DNA from: Podarcis liolepis
Lineage: Eukaryota
Length of the DNA stretch: 64,000 nt
Assembly (NCBI GenBank): GCA_965112155.1
Contig: OZ218099.1
Direction: 5' to 3' (one strand)
Both the position numbers and the translations under genes were made by a program. Shown one piece after another: positions 34,203 to 47,291 of this stretch. Under the pieces are notes generated by a model. That model did not search any database, was not told the DNA's origin, and saw only the letters and a program-made list of their open reading frames with translations. Position 1 is the first letter of the stretch. Each line of letters starts with the position of its first letter.

Positions 34203-35836
34203 CTGCAAAGGAAAATTGAAGAGTACAAGTCAATAAGAACAAGCAGATTTAAGAAGTTGTCAATATGCATATTCTGCACCTCAGAGATCATGCTTACTAG
34301 CCCTACTTATGCCAACATGCTTGTCCTGTTGCCAAGTGCTGCTAGTCTTGCCAAGGGCTGCCAGATACACTTTATTTTTAAATTTCCTACTTCAGAAGAT
34401 GCAGTATGTGTTTACATTCTCAGCGGACTCCTAATAGCAAGATAAGGCAATTTGAAAAGTGAGATCTGGCAACAAAACAACATAATGAATGAATGAAAGG
34501 TCAGGATTTTATGCCCAAAATCAGAACCATCTTGGAAACAATGTTAAGGGAACAATAAAAGTGCATTTGGAGGGGAGGAGGGAAGAATCTAAGGATGCTT
34601 TCAGTTTCCCAAACAAGGAGTGGTTTCTGATCTAAGAAAACAGACAGCAAAATGAAGACAAGGTGCTTTATGTTCTTCGTAAATGGATGCAGCATGCATC
34701 TGCTCCAATAACTGCCTCAGAACTTGGCACCAGAAAATGAGAAGTACACATGTGCCTTCAGGAAATGCCACCTTGCCTTGCTCTGTACGGCACTTCCTCA
34801 TCAGACACCCAGTTTAGAGGAAGTCTGCCTGTTCCATTTCAGTTGTGCCTTAAAGCACCCCAACACCACTTTAGCAGCCATAGGTTTCCCCCCCCAAAAA
34901 ATAACCCTAGATTGTCAAGAATGCTGGGAATGTTAGCTCTGTGAGTGTAGGGTGTGGATGTGACCGTAGTCTCTTGGTGAGCAACAGATCTTCAAATTTC
35001 CTCACACATTCAAAAGACATATATAATGATATTCTTCTTTCATTTGTGGAAGTGACTTGGTTTTAGCAGAGCCTCCTGCAGAAAACGGGGGCGGGGAGAA
35101 AAGGTGATGTTCACCAATTTAACCTCCCCCTGGCAGCCCCTAGTGCCACTTTCCATGCTTTTCCAAAGGGTTCTCTAACTGTCCACAGAAGAACTGGGGG
35201 AGAAAAAGGGGGCTGCAGAGGCATGGGGAAGTCAGCAAAAATTGAACCCCCCTCTTATGCCCAAGGGAGCAGTTAGTGGAGTTCCAACTCTGGGCAACCG
35301 GAAATCCAAGCTATTTCAAGTTCACTATCTCCTTAAAATTCTCACAAGATGCACACACACTGGCTAAAAGCTAAGACGGAGACATTAAAATGTGTTGTCT
35401 GCAGGCAAAGCATGCCAATCAAGCGCCTTAAAATTACTTGACATGCCATTTTTTTCATTGAATAATTTGTAAAAAAAACAAAAAACAACATGTATCCAGG
35501 CAGTAAGAAAAGGACAGCATGAGTATCTTATCCAAAACAAGAAACAAAGGCACACAGAGGCTTTCCAGTGCATGCATGAAATGCAAGAGAGACTCAGACA
35601 GCCCTTGATACACTACAGATCAATTTAAGTGTAAAGGAAAAAAAATATGTGAAGCAGGCCCAACTTCCAGTCTTGGGGGGGAAATTTGGGCAAGATGGTC
35701 TCAGTGGTCCCCTACTGGTGGCTGCCCTTCCCCCACCGTGGACAACTTAGTAGCTTGAGGGTAGACTGCCTGCCCATGTCTGCAGCAGTCAGTGAGTTAA
35801 AGCATGCTGCACAGATCTGTCACTCCATTTAGTGTA

Positions 35837-36088
35837 CAGTGGTGCCTCGCAAGACGAAAAGAATTCGTTCCACGAGTCTTTTCGTCTTGTGATGTTTTTC
35901 GTCTTGCGAAGCATGGTCCGTCGCAACTGCGCCTCTTCAAGCGGCTTTTAAAAAAAGCGCAAGACGTTTTCGTCTTGCGAAGCAAGCCCATAGGGAAATT
36001 CGTCTAGCAAAGCAACACAAAAACGGAAAACCCTTTCGTCTAGCGAGTTTTTCGTCTTGCGAGGCATTCGTCTTGCGGGGCACCACTG
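35837..36088. mobile_element. Tc1/pogo (Tigger-like) MITE with internal TTCGTCTTGCG repeats
   Basis: TA|CAGTGGTGCCTCGCAAGACGAA ... TTCGTCTTGCGGGGCACCACTG|TA (21/22 TIR match). Confidence 0.92.
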
Positions 36089-37171
36089 TATTTGCCCCTG
36101 CACTGTTCCTGTTGCCACATAGCTGAGCCACATAAGGTATGGTGGCAACAACATCAGCAGTGCCTCCTCCTGGGCTCCAGAGCTTCGCCATTTGCTGGAG
36201 TATATTCTGTACTGGGCCTGATGTGAAGCAGCCCTGAGTTCTCCTTTCTGCTAAGCAAAGTATCTACCATTTTAGAATAAGAAGCCATTTGCTCCTCAAG
36301 TGCAGCCATTTTCTTCTGCTTAATTGCAAAGTGGGAAGGAATTCCACATACAAAAATACCATCAATGAATGCTGAAAAAAGGAATCAGTAAAGGGGTCAT
36401 TAAGGGCTGCTGTTCTCTTCGAAATAATTTGCTACTGAAGGCTATTTTTGCAGAAAGGATTTCTGGAAAGCAAGAAAAACTAATTTGTTTCAAGCTTGAG
36501 ACAAATAATCCCAATGGGACTGCTACATGAAAAACACACACACACACAAACCCTGAGACAAAAAGTGGCCACAGCGGATTAATGTGCAAAGGTCATCCTA
36601 ACTCTCAAATCCAGAAGCTGGTTATGATGTGAGGCATTTAGTACAGCAAAATGCATAGGCATTTTTTTCAGTTAAGGTTCTTTTTGGGATCTCTAGCAGG
36701 GGGTGGCAGCAAATGCCCAGGATCCTGAAAGAACACCCTGAAGGCAATTGTACCAGGCCCCTTTTTTAGAACAGCTGCCTAGCGTTCTGCTGGAGCAAAG
36801 GTCAACAAGCCGAGTGCAATTTAAATTAAAGGGACATACACAAGTGCCTTCTTGGCAACAGCCATGCAGCCTTCTGCTAACATATTGACCCTCTACAGCT
36901 GAGTGCATCCAAGCATTGTTTCACACTGGAAACAGCCCGCTGGGCCCCATTGGCGGGATGTGCCCGATGATCCTTGTCGGACAGCAGCCTGAGGTTAGAC
37001 TTATCTCCCTGTGCCAAAGGAGAAGTTGGCCCGCAGCCATGTGGAGAGAGACATCCTGCTGTTTCATGACTACATGCAGGCTCCTGGATCAGCATCAAGT
37101 CCCTGTCAGATGGACAATAAAGGGATACGGAGTTATCAAAGCTGGATTCGGAGGTGAGGTGATAACTTTAC

Positions 37172-37305
37172 CTCCGCAATCATGACAACAATGACAGAGT
37201 CTTCCTTTTCCTGCTGGTTGAGCTCTGAGATCAGAGAGTTTAGGGTGTCTGTAAGATAGGAATGCACCTCCCGCTTGACACTAGGGATCCCCATCACTAT
37301 CGATA
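37172..37305 (-). CDS. MGAT4B: MGAT4B coding exon 4
   Basis: tttacAG|TA TCG ATA...GCG GAG|GTAAAG; (V)[44 protein letters not shown]. Confidence 0.96.
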
Positions 37306-37945
37306 CTGTAAATGAGCAGAACAAAAATATAGTTAAAGTTAGCTTGCTAAAAAAAACCACAGTTTCTCACGTCATACTTCACATCTCAAAGGAGCACAAT
37401 TTCCTTTTCTACTTGTTTTTTGGCAAAGTTCTCCATATATTCTGGATAATGAAGGTGGCTTGTCAAGAAGGACATCAAGAGCTTCATGGCAGGTCAAGGG
37501 CAAGACAGCAGGAAGATGGGCATAGTGCAAATGCACCAGTGGGCCAAATATGGCAATCCTGCCACTATGTTTGCACCAAACCAACCTCCCAGCCACCTTG
37601 TCCCTCCCACTCCTGGTAAGCAACAGTGACCCACATTCCAGAAAGCTAGCAAAGCAGTTCTGCACCACCCAGTAGCTGCTTCTGCTGGAGAATGAACTAA
37701 TACCCTCAAACGAAATGTAGATGGATGTGTAGCAGTGGCCACCATGGCTGTCCTGGGATTGTAAGCTGGCAGAGAGTCCTCGTACACCATATTGCTTTTG
37801 ACTGAGGAAGCAGAATCTGCCCTACATTGCTAGAACAAGACTTGAGGGGATCAAAAGTAGAGATTTAACTTAAGTACTTTACCTTCTGGAGGATTGGGTT
37901 TGTTCTAACAAAGGCTTAGCCAGATCCCCAAAAGACACTCTATAC

Positions 37946-38239
37946 CAGGGACCCCACAATCTTTTTAGGCCAGTGGGCACGCTTGCAAATCTAAGAAACT
38001 GTTGTGGGTACCATAAAATACCCATTTCACAGAAGAAAACCTGGTGATGTGCATACATAAACATCAAAACAACAACAACAACATAAAGGCAGGCATTCCC
38101 CTCCTTCCAAAAGAAAGGTAACTCCTGATCAAACAACCTCATCCTAAAATAAAACAACTAAATTAAAAACATTTTGAAAATTGAAGGGGCTTTGCGGACA
38201 CCAGCAGGGGTACCTGAAGGTGCAGTGTGGGGATCCCTC
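37946..38239. mobile_element. Degenerate hAT-type MITE
   Basis: cagggaccccaca ... tgtggggatccctc; TSD ctctatac/ctttatgc. Confidence 0.55.
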
Positions 38240-38802
38240 CTTTATGCAGTAAAGCATTGTCTCTTAAAATAATATAGCACAGGCAATATACCCCTGAGAC
38301 AGTTTCTGAATGGAAGGTACACAGCACTCATGCTCAGCCTGGGCAGGTCATCTTGCCCATCTGTGCCACAAAGTGGTGTATAATGAGATAAGTGCAGAAG
38401 GAACAGTTCACATAACTGAAAGGAGAGACTCTAGCAAAGCAAACTGCCTGCCAGACCATTTCCAGGAGCTTCCTTCTGTCTCTGCTGCCTTGTGCACAGA
38501 AACAGAAAGAGAAGGACGGGACGTTCATGTCCATACATGCCCTTGGCAGGTATAGGGAAGCTATTTTCCATGGCAGCACCATCTCAACTGTATCAGAAGC
38601 TGGCCACACAACCAGCTGGCTTCTCAAAAATGGCCACCACAGGAAGTGGCCTAGGTATGGCAGCAGCCGTAACATATAAATCTTATGCATCCTTAGCTTG
38701 TCATTTGATAATTCCGTTAGGTCTGGGACAGGGTAGGCATGGGGGAAGAGTTGGAAGGGAAGTGGCCTAAAGAGCAACAAGAAACCCACGGCATCCACTT
38801 AC

Positions 38803-38943
38803 CTCCGGTGCGTCCCTGTCCAACATGCACAGCCGGCTGCAGGCTGTTCTCCTTGGACAGCAAATGAGGCAAATGATGGAAGATGGTGGGGAGATGCAAC
38901 ACATTCTTGTTAGTGATATTCCAGAGTTTCAGTTTTGTTTCAT
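38803..38943 (-). CDS. MGAT4B: MGAT4B coding exon 3
   Basis: aaacAG|AT GAA ACA...ACC GGA G|GTAAGT; (D)ETKLKLWNITNKNVLHLPTIFHHLPHLLSKENSLQPAVHVGQGRTG. Confidence 0.96.
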
Positions 38944-39661
38944 CTGTTTGAGAAAAGAAAAGACGAACGTTCTGACATTTCCCCCAATGTTATAATGAGG
39001 AAGGAGGGAGACTGTTAAGCTTGAGGGCATGCCCACTTCATAGCACCATCTGGCCAGCTGAGATGATCACTTAACTTGGGTTAATCAGTCCAATCTTTTT
39101 CACTTGTACCCTATAATCCCATTAAGTTTAGCAGGAATTATTTAAGGCTCAAGACAGATAAGCACACACCCAAGTCATTTGAGAAAAGAATAAAACTTAA
39201 AACAAACCTTTGGCAAAAAGGCCTAAATTTGCACCTGGTATTATTGTGCTTTTACCAAATCTCAAGGACCTAATTTTGCCCCATTACTATGTACTAAATC
39301 TGTGCTATTTGTGGAGACTGAACACACTAGCGATCAGAAGTTCCAACAAGTCATTAAAAAATCACTTTGTTCAGGGTAGTAAAGTGTTGTTTAAAAGCAA
39401 CTATATTGAAACTTTTATTTTAAAAATGGTATTTATACTATACATCCATCTTGATTAAATTCATGATTTTTTATAAATAATGAAAAGGGGGGGGGGAATC
39501 AACATTCTGCCCCTCTGAAGTGCTTATTCAATCACCACTAGGGAGCACTGAAGGCCATCTTCTGCAGGCTGCCTCTGCTACCAGTGTAGCCTATGAAGGA
39601 AAGAATGGGCAGAATGGGCTTTCACTGCAGAAGGAAGCAACATTTACAAGGCTGCCCAAAG

Positions 39662-39788
39662 CAGGAATGATGAACCTTTGGCTCTCCAGATGTTGTCAGG
39701 CTTCTCCTCCAGCTACCACAGCCAATGGTCAGGGAAGGTGGGAACTGTAATTCAACATACTTGGAGAGTCTCAGGTTCCCCATCCTTG
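39662..39788. mobile_element. Degenerate palindromic hAT MITE (family of 152-286); further remnants ~30700-30770 and ~47780-47990
   Basis: caggaatgatgaacctttggctctccagatgttg ... gggaactgtaattcaacatacttggagagtctcaggttccccatccttg. Confidence 0.65.
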
Positions 39789-40309
39789 GCCTATGGGAAG
39801 CTAGGATAATTGCAAAAGAAAGAAGCAGGCAGTCAGGCCATTTGAAAACACAACTGTGCAAGTGGGTGCGAGGAATGATATTTGCGGCAATTCATAAGGG
39901 ACCAGACTCATAAGCAGGCGGAGACAAGTAACTCGGTTGCCAAAGTTTAAGCGCATAGAAGTATAACTTTCACAGAGATTTCACATACCATGTGACAGTA
40001 ACTGGCAAGTTGAAGATGACTATGTTTTCACTGGATTTCCAACCTTTTTTTTCCCATCATATTCACATCACATACATAGTGAGGATGTGATATAGGTGAA
40101 GGGAAATGTCTTAATGCCACTCACACCCGACCTACCAATATTATTTTCAGTCTTTATATGCTCAACAAAACATCCAAATGACCTGCTCCCTGTGGAAAGG
40201 CATGCCTGTCTATCTGATGATCTGTGTGAATACACACACTTCTGTGGAGAAGCTTCTTCTCTGCAGCTTCAGTGTATCATGAGCTCATCCTTGTTAAAGC
40301 CAGATTTAC

Positions 40310-40489
40310 CAGATAAGCTGCTCCACGTCCGGTTTATATCCCTCAGGGCCTGCTTCTCAGAGATGGCTCGCTTTATCTCATCCAGGACTAGGTTCAGCTC
40401 CTTCGATCGCTTGAGGCTCTCCTGTTCTGCAGCATGCAAGCGGTCTCTTAACGCCAGGAACTCTCGCTGATAGATATCCACAACATCAC
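40310..40489 (-). CDS. MGAT4B: MGAT4B coding exon 2
   Basis: tgtgcAG|GT GAT GTT...TTA TCT G|GTAAAT; DVVDIYQREFLALRDRLHAAEQESLKRSKELNLVLDEIKRAISEKQALRDINRTWSSLS. Confidence 0.96.
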
Positions 40490-43400
40490 CTGCACAAAAG
40501 AGAAAATGCTGATTATTATTATTTTGCTGAAAAAGGAAGGATTTCTGTAGTGCAGACAAATTGGTTCCATGTGGAGAGGGGGAGGCAGGGAAGAGGGAGA
40601 CCCTCCTCCTCTTACTGGTTTGGAAGGGGGGGGCACACTTTTGATTCAACTAGAAGTGTATTACTCAGTTCAATATGCTCATTTGGGTCCTACACACCTC
40701 TAAACATTCGCACCTGCATTCATGGTTAATGCCTTTGGGCAGGAGTACAGATAAATTTAGAAGTAGCCGAGAGCAAAGTCACTGTTAAATGGTTTATATA
40801 TAAACTGGATTCCTTCGAAAGTCACCTTGAGCTGGTAGCTTGCTATGCAATACATAGAATTGCCCGTTTTGTTAGAATACCTACTAAGGAAAACAGAGGG
40901 AAGCAGTGACTAGTTTCTTCTGCTTCACTGTGATCATATATGTAGAACAGCTAAGGGAGTAATTTGTTTGAAGTAGTATGTCAGAAATTGGCTCATACAC
41001 GCACATTGTAAGGTGGGAGGGGGAGGTTAGCCCACTGGCATGTCCACTGAGGATTTGCAAGTGAAAACAACAGGATGAGCATGTCATTTTTTACCATTCC
41101 AAGTAAGTGGATAAATACCACAGAGATCTATATCCTCCTCCCCATCCTCTGAGTTTTGTTTGCTTATGAGTTTTCATGTGTGGGCTAATCCACTGAACTT
41201 GGAGTAAGGTTACATTAGTGGATCTGTGCCCTGCCAAGCACATCCTGGCATTTTGAATAAGACTTGAAAAAACATTTCAGAAAATAACCAATGCTAACTA
41301 ATTTGATATTCCTAATTTCCCAGGTGTTAAGTTCTTGTTTTAACTATCCTGAGGAAGTGAATGCCATTTTAAAATATGCCATTTAAGGAAACAGGGAGAA
41401 CCTACTGTGTCATGGAAATACTGTTCTAGCTTGCCCTTTCAGACCCAGCAATTACAGGAAACGTCACTTTGAAAAACCAAAGGGGGGGGTGCACGCCTCA
41501 GGACTATATTTGAAACCAGGAATGATAAACCAATCTTAAATTTAACCTCATCCCAAACATTCAAATGGGTATTTCACAATGCTAAGTGATGTTATTATTA
41601 ATATTACTATAGCAACCAGTGTTCCCGAGACCAGCCACCAGAAAGACACAAAAATAGCCTCTCCACACATACACAAAACATGAAAAAAAACCCTCTCTGA
41701 ATTGTTTCCCACACTCCTGATGCATTGTGTACAAACTGGAATTCCAGCAGCGACCAATTTAAAGAGAATGGAAAAGTAATAAAAGGGCTAAATTAAAATT
41801 CCAGGCCAAAGGCTCTGTAATGAAAAAAAAAATGCATGAAGACTACAGAACCAGGATTCTTGCCACCATCACCTCATGGCCAGGTCAGGAGAGGCTCAAA
41901 AGTCAGATCTGCAAGGCACCTTTCTCCAGCTGCATCCGAACTGCCAGCTGCTTCCGAACAGACCTGCATAAATAATTAAGGGAAGGATACAGGACCTCAG
42001 ACTGCCCCCTTAGACAGATGGCACAAGGCAGCTCTTGGGAAAACAAAATCAATGGATGGAGCGAGTATTTAATTAGCAGGCTGTTAGGCAATTCCCTGAG
42101 TGTCCTATATGTAAACCATGCTTCTGATTAGCTAGAAGTACACTGCAGGCAAAGTCAAATTCATATTATTTTCAGCAGGACATACCCAGAAGGCAGTGAT
42201 GGACAAGCAGCTGCTCCCCCAGCCCTGACTTTTATCTACTAAAGGCTTCTGGCTCAGTCCCTTCCTCCCTGTCTTAAAATCAGCGATGAGTGAAGACTGC
42301 AAGATGACCCTGCTCAGATCCTGCTGGCACAGAAATCAGAGATATTGCTCCTCCACAGAATTTACACTGATGGAGCACAAGAAGGCACTTGGGCAGAAAT
42401 GAAGCTGTAGCAAAGGTTGCGATTTTTTACGGCAGATGTATGCTTGGGCTTGCCCATTGCCAACTCACAAACTCACCAACAGAGTCATATTTCCAAGGTA
42501 TTTGTTACCTGAGTGCAACAGTACAGCTACAGAACCATCAAATGGCATTTTATATTCTGCAGAAAATCTCTTAAAGCACCATTCTTGCGCTGTCTAAAGG
42601 GCAGCCTTTACATGATCCAACAATCTCTCTGTAAAGCCAAGCCCTTTCCTCCTTTGGACCCCACAAGCTGCAACAGATAACAACTGTTCAGAAGTGCCAA
42701 GGGCAAGGCTTAAGAGAACAGGCCTTTCCAGGAGCAAGATGTGAAACTGAACTCCACACTAGTTGTAAGAATGAACACGGATTCAACCTGTTCAGAGAAC
42801 CAGAGTACTTTTAAGCCGACTACCAAAATAAAGGCCAAAGACACAATATGATGCAGAGACCCAGAACACAAAGTAGGGGGCAGGAACCTGCACCTAGACA
42901 CGTGAGTAGGATTCAACAGAGTGCAACAAGAAATGGTTCCTTGAATGCTTATGTTATTGATGGCTCTCCTGTCCCATCCCAGAGGATGTGCTCAGCTCAG
43001 AGCAAGGGAGGAAAAATTGTGGCAAGTCCAGCCTTTAAGCATTGTCTAAAGATACCCATGTTATAATTCTGGATCAGCCCAGTGCAGTTAAGGAAAGCAA
43101 GGTGCAACTTAACTTTTGCTTCAAAAATATTTTACATAAAACCTGGAAGATGAATAGAATTCTCTAATCAGTAGTTTAAAAAGAAGCCAATTCCCCCATC
43201 ACAGGTACAGTAGGAAGAGAAATGTCACTGATTATTGGTCATTAATGATCTGCCTGTTTCATCAGAGAGTGGAACTGCTCATTAACCCGGAAAGATGAGG
43301 CAACATCGGAGAGATTCCCTTTCATTAGCTGGAAATTTCAAATGTGAAACTGTATCTGGTTTTAATGCTTCTGATTTGTAAGGCTCAGAGCTACTTTGCT

Positions 43401-43504
43401 CCCAATTTCCTGTCTCTGTCTCTCCCCAAGCCCCAAACAATTTTAGCCTGTAAAGACAGAACAGGCAATTTATAAGTAGTCCCCTAGTTGTGAAAGATGA
43501 TGAT

Positions 43505-43720
43505 GATGATCATTATATTTATGCATACCCCACCTTTTTCCCTGCTGGGACTCAAGGTCGCTTACAGATAAAATCAAGAATCGCTTAAAACATAGAGAAA
43601 GCCATCATTAAAAACAATTAAACATTAATAGAATTAAAACCAGATACATAAATAAAACCTGTTAAATAATGAAACAGCACGGCACCAGCCCTTTCATTAA
43701 ACGCAATCAGTTCTCAACGG
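43505..43720 (-). mobile_element. LINE2-like 3' tail fragment
   Basis: Minus: tctgtaagcgaccttgagtcccagcagggaaaaaggtggggtatgcataaaatataatgatcatcatc. Confidence 0.6.
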
Positions 43721-45654
43721 CTGTAAAAATCAGTTTTACAAAGGCTGTAAAAATATGATTCAGACAATGTCTCCCCCACCTACAAAAGTCAGAAAGAAAC
43801 AAAGAAATGGCTAAAATCATCATTCTAAAAGTCAGAGGCAGGCCTTCTTATGAAATACTCTTAGTTTCCCCTAATCTGATTTTGAAATGTGGAGCAATCC
43901 TTAGCCTTCCTTAGGTCTCTCCCTATGAGGATATTAAAAGCATGCAAGTACTTTGGTGAAGGGCCATAGATCAGTCGAAGGGTCCCAAATTCAATATATG
44001 GCATCTCCAGGTTGGGAGATGAAAGAAGTACCAACACCCCATGCTGTACACATGAGGAAGCAGACTATAGAGACACATTAAGAGATCAAGACTGAATCAT
44101 TTGGGGTTCAGTTGTTTGCTACATATACCACTCATAGCAGTGATAGATGCATGAAAGACAGTCTCCCGCATTTAACCACACACTCACCATATTGATGCCT
44201 GTCTGTTTAGTTAATACATACAAATATTTATCTTTTGTTTGTTTAAGGTAAGATGACAATACTAACCAAATATATAGGGCAGGAAGCATGTTTCCTAGGA
44301 AACATAATGTAAATAACAGAAAATCAGTCTCAGTGCGACTCAGAATGGGATTGTTCTGAGGCCAAATGTGGAGAAAGTTTGAGGAAATGTGTTGTTGAGC
44401 AGGATTTCAGGAATAGTTTCCAACCTGATGCTGTAAATGATATGCCAGAATACAATGCTACAACCATAAAATAAACTAGTTTGAGAAATAGTTCATACAT
44501 GCCAGCTCTATGCTGGAACACATCAGGCAAAGTATTTTGCCAGCTAATGAACAAACTGTACTGACTTGAAAACCTACACTTTGGGGTCTCTGCCAAGTTT
44601 TGCAACCTGGCACATTTGCTACTCAGCTTTTACTGCCTTGAATTTCAAAGCAAACACTGACCAAAATATCTACAGCCACAGCACCACTTGGCAAATGTAT
44701 TACTGCACTGAACCATTTACAAAACAATCCGGCAGAGCCTAGATGGATAGCACTTCAGTGGGATCAAGGAGAGAACCTGCCAAAGATGACAGAAATGCCC
44801 TTGAAATAAGTGCTTTAGGGTCCTGAAATCCAATAAATGTGCCTTTCCACTTCATGTAACAACCTGAAGAGACCCCAATAATTAGCTAGTTCAGGCGCAG
44901 CTTAATGGCTACCATCAAGAAATGGCTCCTGTGAAAATACTAAGAATTTCAGCTAATTATTAAAAACTTTCTAGACTAGTGTAAATATACTGAAAACTTG
45001 AAATAAAATAGGAATACATACCTGGGAAACATTTAATAAGAGACAAAAGCAGTGACTTACAAGGGATGACCATATTTACCAAACTTACTGCATGTTGCTA
45101 TTTTTTTTTAACAGAAAAAAACATGTGTTGAAGATATCAGGAGCTGACTATAACAGCAGGCACCCCTTCATTTTTTCCTTTTCTCCCCTGGACTCTCCCC
45201 TTCTTGCTGCAATTTTTTTGCACCCTTCTCCTGCCAGCTTAAAAATAAAAAAGCTCCCTTACCATTAGGATTTGAAAATAAGATTTGACCTTGGATAATA
45301 TTTAAATGTGCATAGGGGCTGCAGCCACTATAACTATATAGATTTACTCACACGGCATCTAAATAATATTTATGCTACTCTATGAATTGGTATTATCATT
45401 ACTGTCACAGTATGTATCACTTGGGTTAGGGACCTGAGGCTGACAGTACCTCGCCAAAGACCACTCAATACGCTCACACCTTAAGGAAGCAGTGACTAGT
45501 GAGGTGAGATGGAAAGCAATAAGCAGTTGCTGAGCAACAAATGAGAGTTACCAGTAAGTGTCTGTTGGAGGCAGCTGAGTCAGGAGGCTGCTCACACTGC
45601 ACTGGGCAACCATGCTGCTGGCTGAATAGCTAGTTCTCTTGGACATGTTATATT

Positions 45655-46105
45655 TAGAATCACAGAATTGTAGAAAGGACCCTGAGCATCATCTAGTCCA
45701 GGGGTAGGCAACCTAAGGCCCGGGGGCCGGATGTGGCCCAATCGGGAATCAGCGTGTTTTTACATGAGTAGAATGTGTCCTTTTATTTAAAATGCATCTC
45801 TGGGTTATTTGTGGGGCATAGGAATTTGTTCATTTTCCCCCCTTCAAAATATAGTCCGGCCCCTCACATGGTCTGAGGGACAGTGGACCGGCCCATGGCT
45901 GAAAAAGGTTGCTGACCCCTGATCTAGTCCAATCCCCTGCAATGCAGGAATCTCAGCTAGCTCATACATGACAGGCGGCCATCCAATCTCTGCTTAAAAA
46001 CCTCCAAGGAAGGAGAGTCCGCCACCCTCGAGGGAGTCTGTTCTGCTTTCGAACTCCTCACCGCCAGAAAGATCTTAGTAGGAATCTCATTTCTTGCAAC
46101 TTGAA
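45655..46105 (-). mobile_element. CR1 LINE 3' fragment interrupted by a hAT element
   Basis: ADSPSLEVFKQRLDGRLS; 3'UTR cattgcaggggattggactagat|gatgctcagggtcc, tail attctgtgattcta. Confidence 0.85.
45699..45921. mobile_element. Non-autonomous hAT element nested in CR1
   Basis: CAGGGGTAGGCAACC ... GGTTGCTGACCCCTG; perfect 8-bp TSD atctagtc (45691-45698, 45922-45929). Confidence 0.93.
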
Positions 46106-46403
46106 CACACGATGATTTACCTGAATCATCTGCAACCTGAATCATGATGACATAATCCTTCTGAACTTAGAAAAAATGCAATCCGTGTCCAAATAATTCC
46201 ATGAGGCTGCAATGTCATTCATAATCCAAATGGCACTTAACATGTGGCTCAGCATGCACCTTTAAAAGTTCTCATATACATCTAAATTCAAGCTTAGCCA
46301 TGAGACACCCCTCCCCATTACACACCATGTTCACCCAAAGCTCACAGTTAAAAGGTAAATGCTGCACATCAGATTTTTTTAAAAATTGAGAAAACATAAT
46401 AAC

Positions 46404-46442
<39 letters not shown>
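46404..46442 (+). repeat. (AAT)n microsatellite
   Basis: Seen directly. Confidence 0.95.
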
Positions 46443-46943
46443 TTTGCACATGATCATTCAGAGACCAGCTGATCCACATAGCTCAGTCTCTTGAAACGCT
46501 CATAAGACCAACACTAAAGCACCATACCATATGGTAAGGGAGGAACAGGAATCTTCCTGCAGTGAAACATCCTGTGTCTGGGGCCCAAGGCAGTTGCCAG
46601 GAGGAAGAGGCTTGCTGGAGCGCACAGCTGACAGATGCAACATTGTGATGGATAATAATCTGTGCCATCTCTGACCTGCTGTTTACAGAAATAAGGGGGC
46701 GATCTTATCACAAGTGCCTTCCAGCTTTCAGACAAGGGGATGGGGGGGGGGAGAAAGCCCTTACGTAGGAAGATGAACGTGACTTCTACTCTGAGAATAT
46801 GTTGTTTCCACGCTGCCTTTTTGTGAAGCAAGCCTCCACAAGGCAGTTTATTTTTTACTTTTTAAGAGTAAACGCAAAAAGAGTGGAGTATGCCTGAGCT
46901 AATGTCAGAGTATGTCTGAGGCCTTTACAGCTGGTTCTGATGT

Positions 46944-47291
46944 TATGGTTAAGTCCAGTCAAAGACAACAACTGGGTTGCGGTGCTCATCTCTCTTTTAG
47001 GCCAAGGGAGCCGGCGTTTGTCCACAGACAGCTTTCCAGGTCGTGTGGCCAGCATGACTAAACTCTTCTGGCACAACAGGACACTGTGACGGAAACCAGA
47101 GCACACGAAAACACTGTTTACCTTCCCACCACAGTGGTACCTGTTTATATACTTGCACTGGTGTGCTTTCGAAGTGCTAGGTTGGCAGGAGCTGGGACAG
47201 AGCAACGGGAGCTCACCCCATCGCGGGGATTCAAACCGCCAACCTTCCGAACAGCAAGCCCAAGACGCTCAGTGGTTTAGACCAGTGTCCC
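46944..47291 (-). mobile_element. Sauria SINE (second subfamily), tail missing
   Basis: Colinear with 10740-11093 (gtggccagcatgactaa, tttaccttcccac, ggggattcaaaccgcc); perfect 11-bp TSD ggttctgatgt (46933-46943, 47292-47302). Confidence 0.9.

Larger units (their letters stand above)
10470..40489 (-). other. MGAT4B: MGAT4B gene span (N-acetylglucosaminyltransferase IVb, GT54), coding exons 2-15; exon 1 beyond right end of window
   Basis: 14 GT-AG exons (180,141,134,47,114,76,115,131,108,194,79,88,113,24 nt; total 1544) splice to one open frame from DVVDIYQREFLALRDRLH to IFLKKAD*. Includes coiled-coil stem, LEDD catalytic motif and C-terminal lectin domain. The IFLKKAD end and LTC4S synteny indicate paralogue B. 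Confidence 0.97.

Noticed and set aside
35837-36088. Regularly recurring short repeats resembling a CRISPR or iteron array
   Set aside because: Eukaryotic context, irregular spacing, both orientations, bounded by TIRs and a TA TSD; it is a MITE.
38334-38798. 154-aa minus ORF just after exon 3
   Set aside because: Begins inside intron 3 beyond the donor; no homology, composition typical of non-coding DNA.
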